A program made the position numbers and the translations under genes. From positions 41,947 to 105,946 of the forward strand of contig CAZPNQ010000003.1 of NCBI GenBank assembly GCA_964587955.1: a DNA stretch of 64,000 nt, read 5' to 3'. This DNA comes from an uncultured Nitrospira sp. (GTDB lineage: Bacteria > Nitrospirota > Nitrospiria > Nitrospirales > Nitrospiraceae). This document shows, one piece after another, positions 48,107 through 57,677 of this stretch (the first letter of the stretch is position 1; every line of letters begins with the position of its first letter). The notes under the pieces were generated by a model, which saw nothing but the letters and a program-made list of their open reading frames with translations, was not told the DNA's origin and ran no database searches.

Positions 48107-48834
48107 AATCGTTGAGTGGAAAAGTGGCGATTGTCACCGGGGCCTCGAACGGAATCGGCCGGGCGATCGCCGAACGATTGGCCGACGACGGCGCCATCGT
48201 CGTGGTGAACTATTCGAAGAATTTGGAAAAAGCTCAACAGGTCGTTGGTGGGATTCAGGGGAAAGGGGGTAAGGCATTGGCGGTCCAGGCAGACATGAGT
48301 CATGTGACGGACGCGCGCCGGCTCGTCATCGACACGGTCAAACAATTCAATCGGCTGGATATTCTCGTGAACAACGCGGGAAAGTTCATGCCAAAGCCGC
48401 TTGAAGAGACTACGGAATCCGACTTTGACGACGTGGTCGACTTGAATGCGAAAGGACCGTACTTTGCCATGCAGGAAGCGGCACGAGTGCTGAAAGACGG
48501 CGGGCGGATCGTGAATATCTCAACCGGCGGAACGCATCTCCATTTTCCCGGGGCCACAGCCTATCTTGGGAGTAAGGCGGCGCTGGAGCAATACACCAAA
48601 GGGTTGGCTCAAGAACTGGCTCCGAAGGGGGTCACGGTCAATACCGTCTCACCGGGTTTTACCGAAACCGGGATGATGACGGAGGAATATAGACAAATCG
48701 GCATTCAGTTATCACCGATGAAACGGCTCGGAGTGCCAAACGATATCGCCGGTGTCGTGGCGTTCATCGTGAGCGAGGAGGCTCGATGGCTCACCGGGCA
48801 GACGATACAAGTCGGTGGCGGCATCGTCATGTAG
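48103..48834 (+). CDS. SDR family oxidoreductase
   Basis: TGASNGIG, LVNNAG, YLGSK, WLTGQ. RBS AGGAGGAGG. Confidence 0.9.
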   Translation: MKSLSGKVAIVTGASNGIGRAIAERLADDGAIVVVNYSKNLEKAQQVVGGIQGKGGKALAVQADMSHVTDARRLVIDTVKQFNRLDILVNNAGKFMPKPLEETTESDFDDVVDLNAKGPYFAMQEAARVLKDGGRIVNISTGGTHLHFPGATAYLGSKAALEQYTKGLAQELAPKGVTVNTVSPGFTETGMMTEEYRQIGIQLSPMKRLGVPNDIAGVVAFIVSEEARWLTGQTIQVGGGIVM

Positions 48835-48858
48835 CAGGCTGTTGAAAAAGTCCGCCAA
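48835..48858. repeat. Isolated left end of the 5150-type repeat
   Basis: CAGGCTGTTGAAAAAGTCCGCCAA versus CAGGATGCTGAAAAAGTCCGCCAA at 5150 (22/24). Both directly follow a TAG stop. Confidence 0.65.
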
Positions 48859-48901
48859 TGAAACCTGCGGGCTTTGGGGAAACCGGAATGACTAGCCTGG
48901 A

Positions 48902-49546
48902 ATGATGCACGACGGAAGTGCTGACTTAATCGACCATCTTTCAAACGTCGATCCGGTCATGGGCCGGTTGATCGAGAAGATCGGTCCTTTCTTACTCAAG
49001 CCGAAAGGACGCCGGTCGCCGTTCGAATCGTTGGTCCGTGCGATTGCGTATCAACAGCTCCACGACAAAGCCGCCGAAAGCATCCTCAAGCGATTCATTG
49101 CGCTCTTTCCGGGACGGAAATTTCCTCGTCCGGATGAATTGCTCTCCATGAATATGAGATCGATCAGGAAGGCCGGCTTCTCACGGCCGAAGATTTTGGC
49201 ACTTCGCGATCTGGCTGCGAAGACTCTTGACGGGACTGTGCCAACAAACCGCATGATCAGACAACTGACAGATGAAGCGATTATAGAGCGGCTGATCGAA
49301 GTCCGAGGCATCGGACGATGGACGGTCGAGATGCTGCTGATCTTTCAGTTGGGCCGACCGGATGTGCTTCCTGTCGATGACTATGGTGTGCGGAACGGCT
49401 TCCGGATCGCCTACGGCAGTGGATCGATGCCGACTCCAAAACACGTGTTACAGTATGGGGAGAGATGGAAACCCCATCGTACGGCCGCCTCCTGGTACCT
49501 TTGGCGTGCAGTTAACTTGGAAAAGCAGGGTGTGAAAGTTCTCTGA
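48902..49546 (+). CDS. alkA: DNA-3-methyladenine glycosylase II (AlkA-like, HhH-GPD)
   Basis: FESLVRAIAYQQL, VRGIGRWTVEMLLIFQLGRPDVLPVDD, WKPHRT. Confidence 0.85.
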   Translation: MMHDGSADLIDHLSNVDPVMGRLIEKIGPFLLKPKGRRSPFESLVRAIAYQQLHDKAAESILKRFIALFPGRKFPRPDELLSMNMRSIRKAGFSRPKILALRDLAAKTLDGTVPTNRMIRQLTDEAIIERLIEVRGIGRWTVEMLLIFQLGRPDVLPVDDYGVRNGFRIAYGSGSMPTPKHVLQYGERWKPHRTAASWYLWRAVNLEKQGVKVL

Positions 49547-50427
49547 TGGCCGACCGAAACAAACGCCTCGATTCCAACGCTCCCGGTAACTTCTACGTGG
49601 ATGCCACTTGCATCAACTGTGACACGTGCCGCCAATTGGCGCCGTTGAGCTTCGAAGAAGTCGGCGATTATTCTGCCGTCAGCCGCCAGCCGGACGGTCA
49701 TGAACAAGTTCATCAGGCCTACCAGGCGCTGCTCGCCTGCCCTGTCGGGTCGATCGGGACAGAACACAGCGACAAGTCGAAGCTCCAACTGGCGATGGCG
49801 AGTTTTCCGCTCCATCTTGAACGCGGGGTAAGTTATTGCGGCTTCAATTCGGAGAAATCGTTCGGAGCGAATAGTTTTTTTATCGAGCATCCGGACGGCA
49901 ATTGGCTGATCGATTCCCCTCGGTACATGAAACATCTGGTCCAGGTTTTTGAGCAGCGGGGAGGCGTCGCGCATATCTTTCTGACCCACAAAGACGATGT
50001 GGCCGATGCCGACAAGTATGCGGCACATTTCGGCGCACAGCGGATCATTCATCGAGCGGATGCGGATGTTGTTCCGGACGCAGAACGGGTGATCGAAGGA
50101 GAAGAAACGGGTCGGGTCGGATCAGAGTTTCAGATCATTCCCGTGCCTGGCCATACCGCGGGATGCATGGCTCTCCTGTACCGCGAGCGATTTCTCTTCA
50201 CCGGCGACCATCTTTGGTGGGATCCACACACCAAGTCGTTGGCCGCTCCTACCCGTCTCGTGTGGAGAAAATGGACCTTAATCGAGTCCATCCGGAAACT
50301 CCTCGATTACCCATTTGAATGGGTATTGGCCGGACATGGCGATCGGATTCATCTGCCGCAGCCCGAGATGCATGCAGCTCTTGAGGATTTAATCCGACGT
50401 CGCTCTCCGACTACAGTCAGCAGATAG
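49546..50427 (+). CDS. Ferredoxin fused to a metallo-beta-lactamase-fold hydrolase
   Basis: CINCDTC...ACPVGSI, then LTHKDDVAD, PGHT, FTGDH, LAGHG. Confidence 0.85.
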   Translation: MADRNKRLDSNAPGNFYVDATCINCDTCRQLAPLSFEEVGDYSAVSRQPDGHEQVHQAYQALLACPVGSIGTEHSDKSKLQLAMASFPLHLERGVSYCGFNSEKSFGANSFFIEHPDGNWLIDSPRYMKHLVQVFEQRGGVAHIFLTHKDDVADADKYAAHFGAQRIIHRADADVVPDAERVIEGEETGRVGSEFQIIPVPGHTAGCMALLYRERFLFTGDHLWWDPHTKSLAAPTRLVWRKWTLIESIRKLLDYPFEWVLAGHGDRIHLPQPEMHAALEDLIRRRSPTTVSR

Positions 50428-50557
50428 GCTTCCTATTGAACCAGCGAAAGGACGAAACAAATTGCCGGTCCCATTCGTTGCGGGCCGGTGTCTCCTTCTT
50501 TGGTATACCTCGTCGGAATGAACGACACCTGGTCTTTTCAGATGTCGGCAATAAGAT

Positions 50558-51337
50558 ATGACAAAGTATTTCTTCGAGACGAACGCGACAGATCGCGAGT
50601 GGAAGCGCCTGCTCCTGATCGAGCAGGCGGTCGATACAGACACGATAGCCCTCCTGGATCGTGCCGGACTCGATAGAGGCGCACGCTGTCTTGAGATCGG
50701 CGCTGGAGCTGGATCGATTGTGAGGTGGATGGCAGGACGAGTCGGCCCTTCGGGGCTCGTGATTGCTTTGGACAAGAAGGCGACCTACTTGCAACAACTC
50801 CAAGGTGAGACTGTTCGTGTGATTGAAGGTAATCTGAAGGATCTGTCCCTCGACCATCCGATCGATTTGGCACACGCTCGATATGTATTGATCCACAATA
50901 CAAACGACGGAGAACTTCTCGAGAAAATTCGATCGGCGGTCAAGCCCGGCGGCACGGTTGTCCTTGAGGAGCCTGATTTTACTTCCGCGGCGCTCTTGCA
51001 GTTGGAACAGGACAATGCGGTTCAGCGGGTCAACCATGCCATCTGTACAATGTTCACGGATTCCGGTCTTGATCCTTCGTCTGGACTGCGGTTGCCTCAG
51101 AAAGTTGTGGAAGCTGGATTCGATCTTGCGCACATAGAAAGCCGGATACATCTGTGTGCGGGTGAGGCACCGATCGCGCGTGTTATGGCGGAGTCGGCCG
51201 ACGTGTTGCGAGAGAAATATGTGAAGACAGGCCTTGCCACGGACGAAGATATCGACCACTATGTCGCACGCGCACACGACCCAGGGGTTTGGTCGATCTT
51301 TTATGCCACAGTGTCGGTGATAGCCCGTAGGATTTAA
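50558..51337 (+). CDS. Class I SAM-dependent methyltransferase
   Basis: LEIGAGAG, HARYVLIH, VKPGG. Confidence 0.85.
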   Translation: MTKYFFETNATDREWKRLLLIEQAVDTDTIALLDRAGLDRGARCLEIGAGAGSIVRWMAGRVGPSGLVIALDKKATYLQQLQGETVRVIEGNLKDLSLDHPIDLAHARYVLIHNTNDGELLEKIRSAVKPGGTVVLEEPDFTSAALLQLEQDNAVQRVNHAICTMFTDSGLDPSSGLRLPQKVVEAGFDLAHIESRIHLCAGEAPIARVMAESADVLREKYVKTGLATDEDIDHYVARAHDPGVWSIFYATVSVIARRI

Positions 51338-51460
51338 ACGATGGATGGTGGAGAGTGAGACCCGATTCTTTCATTGAATCGTTGGATCAAAAGATTCTTG
51401 ATATCGTTGCCTCTTTCGTTCCCATCCAAGTCGCCATCGGCATAGTCAACTAACTACACG

Positions 51461-53095
51461 ATGCCGAATTCACTGATCGTCTGGATTGATCGCAATATCC
51501 TTTCTCTCGGTCGAGAGATGCGGTTGTCGTATCTCCCGCCGCTCATGGTGTACGTCGCCTACGGTATTTCCGGTCTCACGGGCATCGTCGGGACTTTTTT
51601 CGTCAAGGATTATCTCGGCCTCTCCGCCGCATTTCTCGCCGCCCTTGGGTTTTGGGCAGGGATTCCCTGGGCATTGAAGATGCCCATCGGCCACACGGTC
51701 GATCTCTTGTGGCGGTGGAAGAGCTGGCTCGTCGGGTTGGGCGCAGGGTTGTTGACTGTCAGCCTTGGGATCATGGCCCTGTTGATCGGCGAACGCGAAG
51801 CGATGACAGCCGTCTTGCCGGCCGAAGTCTGGTATGTGCTCAGCGTTCTGCTGGCCCCTATTGGATATGTCATTCAAGACGCCGTTGCAGACGCTATGAC
51901 CGTCGAAGCGGTTCCCCGTGTCGATGAGCGGGGTCACCTATTCGATGATCACACGCGCAAGCTGATGCACACGACTATGCAGACACTGGGACGTGTGGCG
52001 ATCGTCGGAGGCGGAATCCTCGTCGCGCTCATCAACGTGTATGTCTTCAGCGGGACCGAAGGGCTGCCACAGTCCGAACTCGCTAGTCTATATGAAAACA
52101 TTTACCTGATGGCCATGGTGATCCCTGTGGTCTCCGTGGCAGGAGTCGGATTGGCATGGTTGCTCAAGCGTCGGCAGACCCAGCGACTCGTTCGCGAAGG
52201 ATTCTCGCCGGAGCAGGCCCGGCACATGGTGGATGTCCGTGACGCGGAGAACGAACCGACGAAACCCAATTGGTGGATTCTTGGAGGAAGTTCAGCTTTT
52301 GTCCTCTTCACGTTGACGATCGGATTAGGCGGGTTCCCATATCGGGAGGAAGTGGTGTTCGTCGGTTCGATGAGCATCGTGCTGTTTTTGATGTCGAGAT
52401 TGGTTCGAGAACTGGAGCCTGATAAACGGCTCACCTTAGTGGGCACTGCGGCAGTGATCTTCGCATTGCGTGCGATTCCAGGACCTGGCCCAGGCGCGAC
52501 GTGGTGGATGATCGACGACCTGAAGTTCGATCAACAGTTCCTGTCGGTCCTCTCTTTGATCGGAGGCATGGTCGCCTTGGTGGGCATGTTCGCCTTTCGG
52601 CGCTTCATGGCTGAACGCTCGATCATGTATGTGGTGGGATTTTTAACCGTCGTCGGAACTATACTTTCTCTTCCGATCGTGGGCATGTACTACGGATTCC
52701 ACGAATGGACAGCGAAGGTGACCGGTGGAGTCGTTGATGCCAGGTTCATTGCCTTGATCGATACGGCGTTGGAATCGCCCCTCGTACACATCTCCATGAT
52801 TCCGATGCTGGCATGGATCGCGAATTCCGCTCCAGCCAACCTGAAAGCCACCTTCTTTGCCGTGATGGCGTCCTTCACCAACCTCGCGCTGTCATTCAGC
52901 CAGCTCGGCACGAAGTATCTCAACGAGATGTTCGTCGTGACGCGCGAGGTGCGTGTCCAAGCCACCGGTGTTCTTCAGACACCGGCCGACTATAGTCAGC
53001 TGGGCGATCTCTTGATCGTGCAATTGCTGATCGGACTGGCTCTTCCCTTCTCCGCCATCCTGTTTGCCAAACTCACCAAGTTCAAGAGCGCGTAA
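51461..53095 (+). CDS. BT1 (folate/biopterin)-like MFS transporter
   Basis: About 12 TM, GIPWALKMP.G...D, QDAVADAMTVE, KATFFAVMASFTNLA. Confidence 0.72.
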   Translation: MPNSLIVWIDRNILSLGREMRLSYLPPLMVYVAYGISGLTGIVGTFFVKDYLGLSAAFLAALGFWAGIPWALKMPIGHTVDLLWRWKSWLVGLGAGLLTVSLGIMALLIGEREAMTAVLPAEVWYVLSVLLAPIGYVIQDAVADAMTVEAVPRVDERGHLFDDHTRKLMHTTMQTLGRVAIVGGGILVALINVYVFSGTEGLPQSELASLYENIYLMAMVIPVVSVAGVGLAWLLKRRQTQRLVREGFSPEQARHMVDVRDAENEPTKPNWWILGGSSAFVLFTLTIGLGGFPYREEVVFVGSMSIVLFLMSRLVRELEPDKRLTLVGTAAVIFALRAIPGPGPGATWWMIDDLKFDQQFLSVLSLIGGMVALVGMFAFRRFMAERSIMYVVGFLTVVGTILSLPIVGMYYGFHEWTAKVTGGVVDARFIALIDTALESPLVHISMIPMLAWIANSAPANLKATFFAVMASFTNLALSFSQLGTKYLNEMFVVTREVRVQATGVLQTPADYSQLGDLLIVQLLIGLALPFSAILFAKLTKFKSA

Positions 53096-53099
53096 TAAG

Positions 53100-53434
53100 A
53101 TGGAAAAGCCTCGCCCTCAACGAAGTCAAGCGCGGTCGTGTGAAACGTCCATTCCCCACTGCTGAAGCGACCGTGCATGCTCCGAGACGCCGACAGCATG
53201 ACGGCTTCATTCACGCGCCGCTTTCTTCGGTAATGTCAGAAGCTTCAAAACGAACACCAAGCCAAGTTCGATAAGCATTAGCTTTTCTTCTGTCCAACAA
53301 CATCGCTGCGGGCCAAGAAATACGATGAGGCAAATGACGTCTGGCAGGCACGAGTGGATGATGACTATCGGTTTTACTTTCAGATTGATGGCGACGCGTA
53401 CGTTCTCTTCTCGATCATTCCACATCCCAAGTAA
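53100..53434 (+). pseudogene. Decayed type II toxin-antitoxin pair (antitoxin C-terminal remnant plus RelE/ParE-like toxin pseudogene)
   Basis: 53198-53434 reads MTASFTRRFLR*CQKLQNEHQAKFDKH*LFFCPTTSLRAKKYDEANDVWQARVDDDYRFYFQIDGDAYVLFSIIPHPK* with two internal stops. An upstream fragment reads LALNEVKRGRVKRPFPTAEA. Confidence 0.7.
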
Positions 53435-53442
53435 CGGTGGGC

Positions 53443-53988
53443 TCATTGGAATAGGCCGGGACTGTCCGCTGGTTTAGGGTAATGCACCAAGCCGTTCTCC
53501 ACTGATGCGAATGAGGTAAGTTTATGCCGGTCTGCTTTCGTCTCCGACATGATATGTCGGACTTCCCAGTTTTTTGTCACTAACGCATCGGCTATTAAGG
53601 ACCGATGACATCGCCAGGAGACTGCTTCCGCACACATCATTGCAGTCGTCCTGCTCCTGCCATCCACCATCAGCTCCTCAAGAGCTCTTCGAAATTCATT
53701 CGTCTGCATGTAGTCGGCGTAGCCGAGAAAGCTTTCATTACGCCAGCCAGTGTTGATGGAATCCTTCTTGGGTTTACGCAATCCGCCGAGTTGCGGCGTG
53801 TGCTTGTATAGCAAGTCCTCCTGCCGCAAACTCTTTGAAAGCGCTTCGGTATTGTATTGAGGATTGTGGCGAGAACGGGGAATGGTACGAACGTCGATAA
53901 GCAGCTGAATGCCATGTGCCTTTAGGAGTGTGAGAAACTCGTCGATTGGTTTGGTCGAATGGCCGATGGTCCAGAGAACGTGAGACAT
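53443..53988 (-). CDS. DUF488 family protein
   Basis: TIGHS, LIDVRTIPRSR, LGGLRK, MCAEAVSWRCHRSLIAD. Confidence 0.88.
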   Translation of the reverse strand: MSHVLWTIGHSTKPIDEFLTLLKAHGIQLLIDVRTIPRSRHNPQYNTEALSKSLRQEDLLYKHTPQLGGLRKPKKDSINTGWRNESFLGYADYMQTNEFRRALEELMVDGRSRTTAMMCAEAVSWRCHRSLIADALVTKNWEVRHIMSETKADRHKLTSFASVENGLVHYPKPADSPGLFQ

Positions 53989-53995
53989 AATCTAA

Positions 53996-54307
53996 TCATT
54001 CCTCGGCTGCTTCTGCCGCCCACTGGGTCAAGGCTTCCACATCTTCAATCACGTCAATCGGTACTTCGTAAAATGATGTGAGTGTCTGCTTGGCATTGGG
54101 GCGAAACGGTTTCATGCCATGCTTCTCGTAATTCGGGACGGTGGTCGCACTCACCTTGAAGTAGAGATGTCCTTTATGAATGATGCCGAAAAACCTGGCT
54201 CTCTGATAAAGACCGTAGCCGCCGAACATCGCACGTGCGGTCACTCCGGGCAGCTCTGTCAGCTGATCCAGGATGAAGTCCTTGAAGCCGTCGAGCTTTC
54301 CTGACAT
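53996..54307 (-). CDS. TfoX/Sxy N-terminal domain protein
   Basis: RAMFGGYGLY, LYFKV, FYEVP. Confidence 0.85.
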   Translation of the reverse strand: MSGKLDGFKDFILDQLTELPGVTARAMFGGYGLYQRARFFGIIHKGHLYFKVSATTVPNYEKHGMKPFRPNAKQTLTSFYEVPIDVIEDVEALTQWAAEAAEE

Positions 54308-54310
54308 TCA

Positions 54311-55168
54311 TTATCCGGGCTTCCGTCCGGCAACCATTCGTACGGTGAACGGGAAGGTGACGCGAGCGCCGCGCTGGAACTGCGAAGCTGCTGTGATGAT
54401 AAGGCGTTTCACCTCTAGCCGTTGCGTCTCCGACAGCGTCGCCATGAGATTTTGAATCGGCGCGGCGATTTCCATCAGGCTCGTATAATACTCATCGGGT
54501 GAGCTGTAGGACCACTCTCCGAGAAATTCCTGGTCCGTGATGTTTGTCAGACCGGCACTCTCTAACATGCCGGCAAAATCGCCGGGCTTAGCGAGACGGA
54601 AGATACCTGGTGCCATCGGATCCGTCGGCGGCAGGTCGATGACCTGCTTCACGGCCGTTAGTGAGAGGCCGATTGAGGGATTCTTTTCCGGAGCGGACCA
54701 GACGGCTACCGCGACCCAACCTCCAGGTTTCAAGACTCGTGTAATTTCAGCCGCAGCTTTGGGAATGTCCGGGAGAAACATGAGACAAAAACGGCTGGTG
54801 ACGGCGTCGAAGGAAGCGGCCTCGAACGGGAGAGTGCTCACATCACCGACCTTGAACGTCACGTTTTGCAAGCCCAATCGCGCTGCCTTTTTCTCTGCGA
54901 CAGCCAGCATGTGTTCGGCGAGATCGATACCCACTACGCTGCCGTTGGCTCCGACTGCCTGGGCGGCGAGGAGCGCCGGATAACCCGTGCCTGATCCGAG
55001 ATCCAACACGCGAAGACCGCTGTGCACCCTTGCATCGGCCACGAGCCGGTGGTTTAGGAATGCCATCTGTTCGTCAAAGAAACGATCCCACTTCTCCCAG
55101 CCGCCGGCAACGCGGTTCCAATCCTGACGCTGACTGCTAATGACTTGTTCGGGCGATGGTAATGTCAT
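54311..55168 (-). CDS. Class I SAM-dependent methyltransferase (UbiE-like)
   Basis: VLDLGSGTG, LPFEAASFDAV, RVLKPGG. Start ATG 55168 avoids overlap with the upstream gene. Confidence 0.87.
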   Translation of the reverse strand: MTLPSPEQVISSQRQDWNRVAGGWEKWDRFFDEQMAFLNHRLVADARVHSGLRVLDLGSGTGYPALLAAQAVGANGSVVGIDLAEHMLAVAEKKAARLGLQNVTFKVGDVSTLPFEAASFDAVTSRFCLMFLPDIPKAAAEITRVLKPGGWVAVAVWSAPEKNPSIGLSLTAVKQVIDLPPTDPMAPGIFRLAKPGDFAGMLESAGLTNITDQEFLGEWSYSSPDEYYTSLMEIAAPIQNLMATLSETQRLEVKRLIITAASQFQRGARVTFPFTVRMVAGRKPG

Positions 55169-55173
55169 GAGGT

Positions 55174-55608
55174 CTACCGTAAGGTTTGTAACGTTTGGCG
55201 CATTTCTTGGAGTTCGGACACAAAGAGGTCCAAGTGTTGATCGCGCTGCGGCTGATCGTTCTTGAATTTCCATAGCCGTTTGAAAATCGTCTTGAGTTCT
55301 TTGTTGTGTGTCACGGCTAGGGCATAGGCAGGCTGTGCTTCCACCGATTTCTCGACGTCGCAGATGGTATTGTCGATGGCATGAAACTGATTGTGCAGAT
55401 CGTCGAAGAGCTGATCGACTCCCTTGCCTCCCTTAGCGGAATTGGCCGTAGCTTCCGCCATATTGGTCAGATTGATGAGGGTTTCGACACCCGTTGTTCC
55501 TTTTGCCTTTTCAGTAAATTCCTTTGCATGTGGATAAAACAAGTAACTGCAGCCGTTGGTACTCAGTAGCAGCAGAACGGCAAGTGTGAGCAATGATTTC
55601 CTGCCCAT
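55174..55608 (-). CDS. Hypothetical helical lipoprotein
   Basis: RBS AAGGAGG, lipobox TNGC, His-containing helices (LHNQFH). Confidence 0.7.
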   Translation of the reverse strand: MGRKSLLTLAVLLLLSTNGCSYLFYPHAKEFTEKAKGTTGVETLINLTNMAEATANSAKGGKGVDQLFDDLHNQFHAIDNTICDVEKSVEAQPAYALAVTHNKELKTIFKRLWKFKNDQPQRDQHLDLFVSELQEMRQTLQTLR

Positions 55609-55661
55609 ACGTCCTCCTTAGACCACGAGTTGGAGTTGAGACACAAAAAGCTTTCCCGATG

Positions 55662-55868
55662 CTAGACCGTGACCGTCACAGTCTTGATGGCTGACTTTAC
55701 CTTGGCAGCCATTTCAGGCGGAATCGAATCGAGCTTATGACACTGCTTGGCATGGGTCGCGACGAGCTGCATCAGTTCCGCCTCGGTCTCGGCTCTGACT
55801 TGAAAGCCGCATCCGACACTGGCGTCAACGTCGAGACATCCAAGCTGTTTATACGGTTTAGCTGCCAT
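55662..55868 (-). CDS. DUF1059 family small metal-binding protein
   Basis: LGCLD......CGF...AETEAEL.....HA...H. RBS GGAGG. Confidence 0.8.
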   Translation of the reverse strand: MAAKPYKQLGCLDVDASVGCGFQVRAETEAELMQLVATHAKQCHKLDSIPPEMAAKVKSAIKTVTVTV

Positions 55869-56061
55869 GACTTCCTCCGTTTGTTAGGGGTGGAGTTGGT
55901 GAAAGCCGAATATGTGAGTGCCGGCTGGATATCAATGAGAATCGTAGTGGATTTCTACGTAGCAGATCAATATCCAAATTCTCGATGCTCAACCGTGCTT
56001 CCACAATTCTTTGCGGACGTAAGCCGGTCCTTCCCGATGCTGTGGTGGATTATAATGAGAC

Positions 56062-57597
56062 ATGCGGCTTGTCCAGCTTGTCGATACGGTCACTCAAGTC
56101 CGTAAGACGACTAAGAAATCCGAAAAAGTGCGACTCTTGGCCGACGCGCTACTTCTTGCCTGCGCACGCGAGATCGAGCTGGCGGCGGTTTACCTTAGCG
56201 GATCGCTTCCTCAAGGCAAAATCGGCATCGGCTGGAGCCTCATTCAAAAGACATTGACGGTCGGTGAATCCACAAAGGAACCGCTGACGTTACAAGACCT
56301 GGACGATGCGATCAGCCGTCTGGCCGGTGAGCAGGGCGCCGGCTCGACAGAGCGACGAGCTGCTGAGCTCCGCCGGCTATTCAGCCGGGCGGCACCAGAT
56401 GAGCGGCGCTTTCTCTCGCAACTCTTAATCGGCGAGATGAGGCAGGGTGCTTTGGAAGGTCTCCTGCTCGAGGCTATTGCCGGCGCGGCTCATCTTCCTT
56501 CATCCGATATCCGCCAAGCGTCAATGTTTGCCCCCAGCATCGGTGCGTTGGCGCGCGCCGCTTTGGAAGAGGGGGCTATTGGGGTCGGCCGATTTTCACT
56601 GAAGTTATTTACACCCATTGCACCGATGTTGGCGAACAGCGCTGAGGACGTGGCAGAGGCGTTGAGCCGCCTGGAGGAGGCAGCCTGGGAATACAAACTG
56701 GACGGCGCCCGTATTCAAGTGCACAAAGGCGGCGATGAAGTCAAAATCTTCACGCGTCAACTTCAAGACGTGACGCAGCGATTGCCCGAGATCGTCGAGT
56801 GGGCAAGACAATTGCCGGTTCGAGAGATGGTGCTGGACGGAGAAGTGCTGGGTTTGCGATCGGATGGCCGGCCTCATCCGTTCCAGGTCACGATGCGGCG
56901 CTTTGGCCGGCAGAAGGATGTGGCGACTATTCAGAAAGACATTCCTCTTTCGCCTTACATGTTCGATGCACTGTATCTCGACGGTACGCCATTGATCGTT
57001 CAACCGTATCGAGATCGCATCAGAGTCCTGAACGAAGTGGCTCCTTCCGCAAAAGTCCCACAAATACAGACACGCGTTCCGGATGAGGCGCGGGCGTTTC
57101 TTCAGGCAGCGTTGGCGGCCGGTCATGAAGGAGTCATGGCGAAATCGTTGAATGCTCTCTATAGCGCGGGGCAGCGCGGATTTCATTGGTTGAAGCTAAA
57201 AGAAGCCACGACGCTTGATTTGGTGATCCTAGCCGCAGAATGGGGCAACGGCCGCCGGGAAGGTTGGCTGTCCAACCTCCATTTAGGGGCGCGAGATCCC
57301 GAGAGCGGTCAATTCATCATGCTCGGCAAGACATTCAAGGGATTGACCGATGACATGCTGCGCTGGCAGACGGAGAAATTGCTTTCTCTTGAGACGAACC
57401 GCAACTCGACGACCATCTTTGTGCGACCCGAATTGGTCGTCGAGATCGCATTCAGTGATATCCAAGACTCCACCCGCTATCCGGCCGGTCTCGCGCTCCG
57501 CTTTGCCAGAGTGAAGCGGCACCGAACCGACAAGACAGCCATTCAAGCCGACACGATTCAAACCGTAACTGAACTGTTCAAGAACCAGCGTGCGTGA
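56062..57597 (+). CDS. ATP-dependent DNA ligase (LigB-like)
   Basis: EYKLDGARIQVH (KxDG), LDGE, EGVMAK, WLKLK, ALRFARV. Confidence 0.92.
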   Translation: MRLVQLVDTVTQVRKTTKKSEKVRLLADALLLACAREIELAAVYLSGSLPQGKIGIGWSLIQKTLTVGESTKEPLTLQDLDDAISRLAGEQGAGSTERRAAELRRLFSRAAPDERRFLSQLLIGEMRQGALEGLLLEAIAGAAHLPSSDIRQASMFAPSIGALARAALEEGAIGVGRFSLKLFTPIAPMLANSAEDVAEALSRLEEAAWEYKLDGARIQVHKGGDEVKIFTRQLQDVTQRLPEIVEWARQLPVREMVLDGEVLGLRSDGRPHPFQVTMRRFGRQKDVATIQKDIPLSPYMFDALYLDGTPLIVQPYRDRIRVLNEVAPSAKVPQIQTRVPDEARAFLQAALAAGHEGVMAKSLNALYSAGQRGFHWLKLKEATTLDLVILAAEWGNGRREGWLSNLHLGARDPESGQFIMLGKTFKGLTDDMLRWQTEKLLSLETNRNSTTIFVRPELVVEIAFSDIQDSTRYPAGLALRFARVKRHRTDKTAIQADTIQTVTELFKNQRA

Positions 57598-57677
57598 CCC
57601 TTCATCTCAGTTGTACTTCCGTCCGGACCGATTCTACAATCTTGCCCTGTGTTCCGATCGATCCAGGAGGGGAGGCG

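Noticed and set aside
50440..50500. GCGAAAGGACGAAAC resembling a hammerhead ribozyme stem II
   Set aside because: The CUGAUGA core and the pairing strand are missing.
53207..53446. 79-aa minus-strand ORF
   Set aside because: It is antisense to the toxin pseudogene, which has the recognisable family pattern.
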